Positions 25,341-32,000 of a stretch of DNA of 32,000 nucleotides are shown one piece after another. Origin of the DNA: Aciduliprofundum boonei T469 (GTDB lineage Archaea > Thermoplasmatota > Thermoplasmata > Thermoplasmatales > Aciduliprofundaceae); the NCBI RefSeq assembly GCF_000025665.1, contig NC_013926.1:750001-782000 (forward strand), in the 5' to 3' direction. Under the pieces are notes generated by a model. That model worked only from the letters and a program-made list of their open reading frames with translations. It was not told where the DNA came from and ran no database searches. Every line of letters begins with the position of its first letter. Within the stretch, counting starts at the first letter, position 1. The translations under genes were made by a program, and so were the position numbers.

Positions 25341-25680
25341 CTCTCTTTTCTCTAAAGTATCTGTCTTCCTCCAGAAGTTCCTCCATTAAGTTGCCTATCT
25401 TCCATTTTAATGATGTTGGAGTTGATGTTGCAAATATAATATGCGCATTTATCTTCTTTCTTATATTATTTATAATCTTGCTCAGTTCTTCCTTGGGTAT
25501 ATCGTGCATAATCACTATCCTCTGGCTTCCTAGTACCTGGTAATTTTCAGGGTGTTTTCTCTCCCTTATTATATTCTCCAGCACTTTATCTTCCATCTCT
25601 GCCGATACAGGTATTGTATCTGCATACATCTCTCTTACTCTTTCCACTTCGTCTTCTGGAAAGCCAATTAGTAGCAGCAT
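25333..25680 (-). CDS. Small conserved hypothetical protein, possibly DUF3783-like
   Basis: The C-terminal ATSTPTSLKWKIGNLMEELLEED resembles my recollection of the DUF3783 signature (T-x-x-N/S-x-x-W...L-x-x-E-L). This is unverified. The start codon directly abuts the aor stop with a 0-nt gap. Confidence 0.5.
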   Translation of the reverse strand: MLLLIGFPEDEVERVREMYADTIPVSAEMEDKVLENIIRERKHPENYQVLGSQRIVIMHDIPKEELSKIINNIRKKINAHIIFATSTPTSLKWKIGNLMEELLEEDRYFREKRAK

Positions 25681-27534
25681 TTATCTCACTCTCTCCTTTA
25701 CCACGACTATTGCTCTATGGGCATCTTCTAAGAACTCCCTTAAATCCAGATCTTCAAGGGTATTTGTCATAGGTACTCCGTACTCTTCATGCCAGCCCCT
25801 TAGCTTGTAAAAATACCTCCTTGCTTCTAGGAAATCTTCGTAGTTTATGAAGGCAGCATTATCCTTTGCAGGACCCTCTTTCTCTTTCTCCCACCATCTT
25901 GGCGGAATGGTATCCTCCTCAGGTGGATTCAAGGAACCGAGGACATTGTATATTCTTGCTATTGTTTCTATTCTCTTACCCAAAATATCGAGAGTATCTG
26001 CGTTCTCTCCTGTGATTGCTTTATAAAATTTCTTCAAATCTTCTAGTTTGTAAGGTAAGAATTTACACACCCCCAAGGAGTCAAATAAAGCATCTTTATC
26101 CCTGCTCTCTATTAGGGATGGCACGAGCTCCTTAGCAGGTCCGTCATTGGGCAAAGAATGTGGGTGAGGCCAGCCGCGGAGATGAGAGGCTCCAATATCA
26201 GCAGTAGCGTAGCTAAGGGCATAAGTTCTTCTACCTCTAGGATCCCAAGCTGGAGATTCTAGTCCCTTAACTTGAACTGCAAATTCAGCACCTCTTCCCA
26301 AAATCTCACTTGCCCTCTTCACTCCTTCTGCTAAAATTGCTCCTATTCCTTCTCTCTCAGACATCATTCTCAATAGCTTTTCCTCCGCGCTCACATCACC
26401 GAAGCCACTGATCTCAAAGCCCATTTCATATTTGTTGATTAATCCTTTTTCAACCATTTCAAAGAACCATCCTATGATCTCCCCTGCTGCTATAGAATCC
26501 ATGCCCAAATCGTTGGTGAGATGTATGAAGTATGCCACTGCTGGAAAATCAAAAACTCCCGTGCAAGCACCTAACATCGCAATGCTCTCGTACTCGGGCT
26601 TTACGAAAAGCTCTTTGCCCTTGTAGTTTACCTTTACATACCTTGCGCACTTAACCGGGCAAGATTTGCCATGTATGTACTCTTCTGGTTCAACTTCATA
26701 TTTCTTTATCTCCTCGCCGCTTAATTTCATCGCAAGCTCCCTTGGGATGTATGGCTTTTGGAAATTGTACGATGGAGACATTCCACTGAAAGAGGAAGAT
26801 ATTAAGCCATTGGTAGTGCCGTATTCCCTTATGTCCTTTAATCTTTCAGATTTGGCATATTCTTCGTAATACATCTCTTTCATTTTATCCAATTCTTTCT
26901 TATCTGCGATGTTTATGGATGGTTGAGCTCCTCGCACCACAATAGCCTTTAGATTTTTACTTCCCATAACCGCTCCCAAACCACCTCGGCCTGCAGAGCG
27001 CTCTTTATCGAACATTATATTTGCAAATCTAACAAGGTTCTCTCCTGCAGGGCCAATCACAGCGATGGCTGCATCCGGATATTTATCCCACAAAACATCT
27101 GAAGTTTCATACACTCCCTTTCCCCAGAGCTCTGAGGCATCTTCAATTTTGATTTTATCCTTCTCAACAACTATATAAACTGGCTTGTCGCTCTTTCCTT
27201 CAATTATAAGCATGTCAAATCCGGCTTTTTTGAGCATTGGGCCGAATCTGTCTCCAGCATAACTATCGTTTATAAGCCCGCTCTCAGGGGATAAAGCTAT
27301 GACTGCAACCTTACTGCTTCCGGGTATCAATCCGCTGAATGCTCCTGGAGCGAATATAATTTTGTTGGCACTGCTCAACGGCTTTGTGCCTGGAGGTACT
27401 TCCTTATATATGAAATAATAACCAAGACCCTTTCCGCCAACGAATTTTTTTAGAATTCCTTCCCTTATACCTTCATATTCAATCTTACCATCTCTCAGAT
27501 TAACTCTGCCAATTTTATTGTTATAACCCATCAT
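25681..27534 (-). CDS. aor: Aldehyde:ferredoxin oxidoreductase family (tungstopterin enzyme)
   Basis: IGRVNLRDGKIEYE N-terminus. GGLGAVMGSKNLKAIVV and DSLGVCKF (the Fe-S / pterin region) are present. Length is 617 aa. Confidence 0.92.
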   Translation of the reverse strand: MMGYNNKIGRVNLRDGKIEYEGIREGILKKFVGGKGLGYYFIYKEVPPGTKPLSSANKIIFAPGAFSGLIPGSSKVAVIALSPESGLINDSYAGDRFGPMLKKAGFDMLIIEGKSDKPVYIVVEKDKIKIEDASELWGKGVYETSDVLWDKYPDAAIAVIGPAGENLVRFANIMFDKERSAGRGGLGAVMGSKNLKAIVVRGAQPSINIADKKELDKMKEMYYEEYAKSERLKDIREYGTTNGLISSSFSGMSPSYNFQKPYIPRELAMKLSGEEIKKYEVEPEEYIHGKSCPVKCARYVKVNYKGKELFVKPEYESIAMLGACTGVFDFPAVAYFIHLTNDLGMDSIAAGEIIGWFFEMVEKGLINKYEMGFEISGFGDVSAEEKLLRMMSEREGIGAILAEGVKRASEILGRGAEFAVQVKGLESPAWDPRGRRTYALSYATADIGASHLRGWPHPHSLPNDGPAKELVPSLIESRDKDALFDSLGVCKFLPYKLEDLKKFYKAITGENADTLDILGKRIETIARIYNVLGSLNPPEEDTIPPRWWEKEKEGPAKDNAAFINYEDFLEARRYFYKLRGWHEEYGVPMTNTLEDLDLREFLEDAHRAIVVVKERVR

Positions 27535-27566
27535 TTTGCATCCCGAAGCATTTAATGAGGTATTGA

Positions 27567-28079
27567 TTAAAAAGGTTTCTCTCTAATCGCCTCAATCCCT
27601 CTTTTCAAGCAGGAAATGGAAAATGTAAATGGTTTGCGGGATTTTATGAATTCACAGTACTCCTCTCCGAACAATTCCAGAGTTTCTCTCTCTTCAATCG
27701 CCATAATGAAGTATAAAGCTGCAAGGGAAATCCAGCCTGCGTATAGAATTGCAATGAGTTTGAGGGTGAGAAAAGATATACCAATTCCGAAGAATATAGA
27801 GCCAAATTGAGCGGGGTGTCTCATACAGGAGTAAATTCCTATTCTCACCAGTTTATCTGGCTTCTTTATTCCCCTTTTTATCTCCATATGCCCGTATTTT
27901 TTCAAAGTTCTTCCTGCTATGGCGTTTAGGAGCAATCCGTAAATTATAAATGCTATCCCTATGGGGAGCAAAATGTAAGGTAAGAGCCAATGCTCCACTA
28001 TTTTTGGAGAAAATACTCCCACGGCTATTATGGATGCCCAAGATACGCCCCAGAATGCAAATTTCCAAGCAAAGCTCAT
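27567..28079 (-). CDS. Isoprenylcysteine carboxyl methyltransferase (ICMT/PEMT-like) family membrane protein
   Basis: There are four to five TM segments and the YSCMRHPAQFGSIFFGIGISF (RHPxY/FxG) motif. Confidence 0.7.
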   Translation of the reverse strand: MSFAWKFAFWGVSWASIIAVGVFSPKIVEHWLLPYILLPIGIAFIIYGLLLNAIAGRTLKKYGHMEIKRGIKKPDKLVRIGIYSCMRHPAQFGSIFFGIGISFLTLKLIAILYAGWISLAALYFIMAIEERETLELFGEEYCEFIKSRKPFTFSISCLKRGIEAIREKPF

Positions 28080-28121
28080 AGAGAATGAAATGAATAGATG
28101 ATAAAGAATTTATCGCTTAAT

Positions 28122-28131
28122 CCTTAAATAC
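28122..28131 (+). promoter_or_regulatory. TATA box (CCTTAAATAC) for lig
   Basis: It is centred about 27 nt upstream of ATG 28153 with no SD. This is leaderless-type spacing. Confidence 0.4.
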
Positions 28132-28152
28132 AATCTTTGCATAGATGCAAGT

Positions 28153-29925
28153 ATGGAGTACAAGATTATTGCTGAAACTTACAGCAAGATAGAATCCACC
28201 ACAAAGAGGTTGGAGATGACGGATTATCTTGTTGAACTTTTCCATAATACTCCGGAGGATGTTATTGATAAGGTTATTTATCTCACACAGGGTAAGCTTT
28301 ATCCTGATTATATGGGTATTGAACTCGGCTTAGCGGAGAAATTGGCGATGAGGGGAATTACGAAGGCAACAGGAATAAAGGAGAAAACCCTTGGCGAGAT
28401 GCTAAAGAAATATGGTGATCTAGGAAGTGTAGCTGAGGAAGCTATAAAGAAGAAGAGACAGACAACCTTATTTTCATTTGAAGAAGAGAAAAATCTTACT
28501 GTGGAGAAAGTTTATGAGAACTTTGAAAAAATTGCCAAAGCGGAGGGGCCGGGCTCACAGGACAGGAAAATACAACTTCTTGCTGAATTGTTGAATTTAG
28601 CAAAGCCAATAGAGGCTAAGTACATAGTGCGCACGGTTGAAGGTAAATTGAGATTGGGTATAGCGGATATGACTATTCTTGATGCCCTTTCAATAGCGTA
28701 TGGGAGAACGAAGGAGTTGAGAAGTCTCGTAGAAAGGACTTACAACATTCATCCTGACCTTGGCTATATTGCAAAAAAATTAGCCAAGGAGGGGATTGAT
28801 GGAGTTAAAGATATAAAGATTGAACTGGGTATACCCATAAGAGCTATGCTTGCCGAGAGATTACCATCCTTGGAAGAAATCCTTGCGAAGATGGGAGGCA
28901 AAGCCGCTTTTGAATACAAGTATGATGGCATGCGTATACAGGGTCATGTAGGAAAGGATAAAGTATGGCTTTATTCCCGAAGATTGGAGAATTTAACATC
29001 TCAATTTCCGGATGTTGTAGAGGCCTTGAAAGAAGCATTTCAAGGGAAGGAAGGTATATTTGATGGTGAAGCAGTGCCGGTGGATATACATACGGGAGAA
29101 TTGCTGCCTTTTCAAGTTGTATCGCATAGAAGGGGAAGAAAATACGAAATAGAGAAGGCTATTGAGGATTATCCAGTCGTGCTTTTCCTCTTTGATATAA
29201 TTTATCTCGATGGAGAGGACCTGACATCAAAACCTTATCCTGAGAGAAGGAAAATTTTAGAGAGGGTTATAAATCCCACGGAAAGAGTTAAGTTCGCCCA
29301 CAGAATAGTTTCCTCCGATATTGGTGAGATTAGAGAATTCTTCAACAAAGCCATAGAGGATGGATGTGAGGGGCTGGTAGCAAAGAGCATCGGCAAGGAA
29401 AGTATTTATCGTGCTGGAGCTAGAGAATTTCTATGGATTAAATATAAGAGAGATTACAAGGTTGAAATGGGGGACACGGTAGATTTGGTGGTTGTGGGTG
29501 CCTTTGCTGGAAAAGGAAAGAGAAAGGGGACATATGGGGCTTTGCTTATGGCAGCTTATAATCCTGAGAAGGATAGGTTTGAAACTGTGTGCAAGCTTGG
29601 CTCAGGATTTACGGATGAGCAACTTGCTTACCTACCTCGCAAGTTTGAAGACTTAAAAATTGAAAATAAACATCCTAGAGTGTGGAGCGAAATGGAAGCT
29701 GACTACTGGTTCGTTCCCAAAGTTGTGCTTGAAGTTATAGGTGCTGAAATTACCCTGAGCCCTACACATACATGCGCTCGCGATGTTATTGAAAAAGGCA
29801 CCGGGTTGGCAATAAGATTTCCTAGGTTTACGGGTAGGTGGAGAGATGACAAGAGTCCGGAGGAGGCCACGACAACAAAAGAGCTAATAGAAATGTATAA
29901 AAATCAAATAAAGAAAATAAGGTAG
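28153..29925 (+). CDS. lig: ATP-dependent DNA ligase
   Basis: Motif I is EYKYDGMRIQ (KxDG). EGLVAK and LWIKYKRDY are present, along with the C-terminal OB domain. Length is 590 aa. Confidence 0.95.
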   Translation: MEYKIIAETYSKIESTTKRLEMTDYLVELFHNTPEDVIDKVIYLTQGKLYPDYMGIELGLAEKLAMRGITKATGIKEKTLGEMLKKYGDLGSVAEEAIKKKRQTTLFSFEEEKNLTVEKVYENFEKIAKAEGPGSQDRKIQLLAELLNLAKPIEAKYIVRTVEGKLRLGIADMTILDALSIAYGRTKELRSLVERTYNIHPDLGYIAKKLAKEGIDGVKDIKIELGIPIRAMLAERLPSLEEILAKMGGKAAFEYKYDGMRIQGHVGKDKVWLYSRRLENLTSQFPDVVEALKEAFQGKEGIFDGEAVPVDIHTGELLPFQVVSHRRGRKYEIEKAIEDYPVVLFLFDIIYLDGEDLTSKPYPERRKILERVINPTERVKFAHRIVSSDIGEIREFFNKAIEDGCEGLVAKSIGKESIYRAGAREFLWIKYKRDYKVEMGDTVDLVVVGAFAGKGKRKGTYGALLMAAYNPEKDRFETVCKLGSGFTDEQLAYLPRKFEDLKIENKHPRVWSEMEADYWFVPKVVLEVIGAEITLSPTHTCARDVIEKGTGLAIRFPRFTGRWRDDKSPEEATTTKELIEMYKNQIKKIR

Positions 29926-29926
29926 G

Positions 29927-30745
29927 TTATTTCATCTCTTTGTAATGGAAGATAACCGTTGCGAGTATTGAGGAGATTATGAAATAGGCAAGCATTATTG
30001 CTATACCCTCGTTTATTGTGGGGTTGAAAATTGTTATAGTAAAATGTGGACCTGCCTGCATAACCTGCTTTGTGGGATAATCGCCTATGTAGTTTCCCTC
30101 GAAAACTAAAGTTAGAATGGATGCACCATAGGTAATAGAGTACCATGGCTCAACTCCGGTGAGCATGGATATGCTATCCACTATGTTGAATACGAAAAAG
30201 TATATGATTGCCACTAGTACAATGGCAACGGTTCCATTGTTCAATAGTGAGGAAAATAGGTAGGTGAGTGCAAGTAAGCTAAGGAGGAATAGGAAGGATA
30301 GGCCAAATGAGTACCATAATGCAATGCTAATCTCCTTGTAATAATAGTACACATCTCCCAACGCAAATGCCCAGTATATAAGCATTACAATAGTTGAGGC
30401 CAAAAATGATGCTATGTATTTCCCCCAGAATATTGATTCTCTTCGAATTGGGTTTGGAAGAAGGAAATACCCTGTTTTTGTTTGATACTCTCCAGCAATG
30501 GCATCACCGCCAAAGAACAATGCAGCCAGGATGATTAAAAATGATATAGGAGAAACCCAGTTTTTGGCAAATTCATTTACCTCCATATAAGATGGCTCAA
30601 TATAAAAGTGAATGACCACAATGTATGCTATCACTATGGCAAGTGTTATAAGAATTAGAGTAAGTAACCTTTTAGATCTGATGTAATTTTTAAATTGGTA
30701 CTTTGATATTATCAGCATCTGGAGAAAATCATTCAATTTTATCAC
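29927..30745 (-). CDS. ABC-2 type transporter permease
   Basis: About six TM segments and no nucleotide-binding motifs. It lies immediately downstream of the ABC ATPase. The start is uncertain. The GTG at 30745 overlaps the ATPase by 17 nt. An in-frame TTG lies 5 nt after the GGAGGTGA SD, and there is also an ATG at 30718. Confidence 0.7.
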   Translation of the reverse strand: MIKLNDFLQMLIISKYQFKNYIRSKRLLTLILITLAIVIAYIVVIHFYIEPSYMEVNEFAKNWVSPISFLIILAALFFGGDAIAGEYQTKTGYFLLPNPIRRESIFWGKYIASFLASTIVMLIYWAFALGDVYYYYKEISIALWYSFGLSFLFLLSLLALTYLFSSLLNNGTVAIVLVAIIYFFVFNIVDSISMLTGVEPWYSITYGASILTLVFEGNYIGDYPTKQVMQAGPHFTITIFNPTINEGIAIMLAYFIISSILATVIFHYKEMK

Positions 30746-31646
30746 CTCCGATAAGCTTTAGATATGCCTTTTCCAAGGCTAAACCTTCGCTTCTATAACT
30801 TGTAATTTTATAGCCCATTTTTAAAAGCGACTTTAAAATTTCATACTGCTCTTCTGCATTGCCAGAGAAATCGATTTGAATCTTATATGGATTTATCTGA
30901 TTTATTGCCTTTATATACTTAATTTCCTGTATTGGCTTAATATCCTTTACTGGCTCTAGAAATTCAACTACTACTGAGTTAGAAAGGAATTTTGAAGATA
31001 CATTTTCAATGGTATCGTAGAGAAGAAGAGTTCCCTTGTTAATCATAGCAACTTCATCGCAAACATCGGTGATTTCCGGAAGAAGATGTGATGACATGAA
31101 TATTAATTTTCCATCTTTTTTCAGGTCTTTAATTATTTCCCTTATTTCTGCCATGCCTTGCGGGTCCATTCCTGTGGTCGGCTCGTCTAAAATCATAATG
31201 GAAGGATTTGTCACCAATGCAACAGCCATAGCCAATCTCTGTGTCATCCCTTTGGAGAATTTTTTGACTTTGGTGTTTCTCCATTCATAAAGCCTCACTT
31301 TTTTTAGCGCCTCTAGGATGTCCTTTCTTGTTGCTCCTCTAATATCACATAGCATTGAAAGGATCTCCATAGGAATTAAATAAGGATAGAAATTTGGGGT
31401 TTCAATAAGTGTTCCCACATCTTTGAGAGCCTTTTTCAACTCTTTTTGAACTGAGTACCCGTTTATGATGGCATCCCCAGATGTAGGTCTTAGCAAATTT
31501 GTGAAAATCTTTAGTGTTGTGGTTTTTCCTGCTCCATTTGGACCAAGATATCCAACACATTTTCCACCTTCAACTCTCAAATTCAAATTCCGAAGAGCGT
31601 AGAAATTTCCGTATTTCTTGCTTAAATTTATGGCTTCAAGATACAT
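30729..31646 (-). CDS. ABC transporter ATP-binding protein
   Basis: Walker A GPNGAGKTT, signature FSKGMTQRL, Walker B IMILDEPTTGMD and the H-loop SSHLL are present. SD AGGAGGA is encoded within the upstream gene's RRRRK codons. Confidence 0.92.
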   Translation of the reverse strand: MYLEAINLSKKYGNFYALRNLNLRVEGGKCVGYLGPNGAGKTTTLKIFTNLLRPTSGDAIINGYSVQKELKKALKDVGTLIETPNFYPYLIPMEILSMLCDIRGATRKDILEALKKVRLYEWRNTKVKKFSKGMTQRLAMAVALVTNPSIMILDEPTTGMDPQGMAEIREIIKDLKKDGKLIFMSSHLLPEITDVCDEVAMINKGTLLLYDTIENVSSKFLSNSVVVEFLEPVKDIKPIQEIKYIKAINQINPYKIQIDFSGNAEEQYEILKSLLKMGYKITSYRSEGLALEKAYLKLIGGDKIE

Positions 31647-32000
31647 CTTTTCTCCTCCTTCTAATCAAAAGCCATCCACCAATACCTCCAAATATTAATC
31701 CGGTTAAGCATATACCACCACTTGCTGTGAGCTGTGCACTTAGGGACATCATAGCTTTCTCGGATTTTAAGGTTAATGCAACTACCGTAGCGTTCTCCTC
31801 CATATTTTTTATTGTGAGGGTGTATGTGCCGTTTAAATGCCCCAATTTTTTAATAATTTGATTTGATACATTTCCTTCCGCTATGATTCCACTAGAATTC
31901 CTAAAGGCGTAGTATATTTTTCGGGATGTGTGCATTGTTAATGTGTAATTTCCATAAGTCAAGTTATAGGTTATGTTTTTCTCTCCATTTCCAGGTATAC
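31636..32000 (-). CDS. Membrane-anchored, sequon-rich extracellular protein, C-terminal part (5' end beyond window)
   Basis: The frame is open to nt 32000 and upstream codons read ...IPGNGEKNITYNL. There are repeated N-x-T-Y-x-L-T strands. A C-terminal TM (GGICLTGLIFGGIGGWLLI) is followed by RRRRK. It overlaps the ATPase start by 11 nt. Confidence 0.6.
   Translation of the reverse strand, partial: IPGNGEKNITYNLTYGNYTLTMHTSRKIYYAFRNSSGIIAEGNVSNQIIKKLGHLNGTYTLTIKNMEENATVVALTLKSEKAMMSLSAQLTASGGICLTGLIFGGIGGWLLIRRRRKDVS

Noticed and set aside
1-32000. A search by eye for CRISPR arrays, tRNA/rRNA genes and C/D-box sRNAs in the intergenic gaps.
   Set aside because: I saw no spaced direct repeats. 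All gaps are 160 nt or shorter and AT-rich, without GC-rich cloverleaf stems. No RUGAUGA...CUGA box pairs were seen. A covariance-model scan would be needed to exclude small ncRNAs formally.

Overview
This is a very compact archaeal chromosomal segment. By my tally of intergenic gaps, only about 1.05 kb of the 32 kb lies outside called ORFs. Spot-counted GC is about 40%. I call 31 protein-coding genes, two of them truncated at the window edges, and found no rRNA, tRNA, CRISPR array or convincing ncRNA.

Housekeeping genes:
- thiC (3' end)
- a rhomboid protease translationally coupled to rtcA
- a PAC2/Pba-type proteasome chaperone
- pyrG, archaeal pheT, rps6e and aIF2-gamma
- an ATP-dependent DNA ligase

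Metabolic and accessory genes:
- a GT4 glycosyltransferase
- mobA followed by a NuoE-like/NuoF-like/FdhA formate dehydrogenase operon whose composition departs from the flanks
- an MtaD/DadD-like deaminase and an MBL-fold hydrolase
- an ICMT-like gene, a tungsten-type aldehyde:ferredoxin oxidoreductase and a small DUF3783-like gene in one operon
- an ABC-2 exporter

The gene set and the leaderless-type TATA spacing suggest an anaerobic, peptide-fermenting euryarchaeon. Thermoplasmatota/DHVE2-like is my unverified guess.

The most interesting items are:
1. A 1437-aa surface protein that carries a family-5 solute-binding domain on a poly-Gly hinge. Behind the hinge are six Ig-like repeats, a Tyr/Leu heptad coiled coil, a TM anchor and a poly-Glu tail. 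No transporter partner is nearby.
2. An intact 939-bp IS with a 6-bp target duplication, inserted just upstream of that gene's promoter.
3. A tandem, ATGA-coupled pair of divergent KaiC/RadB-like ATPases in which the catalytic Glu-Glu dyad is replaced. They sit between a single-OB-fold SSB gene and two small zinc-binding proteins.
4. The compositionally distinct formate dehydrogenase operon.
5. All eight convergent gene junctions leave 15 nt or less between stop codons, and four of them overlap.
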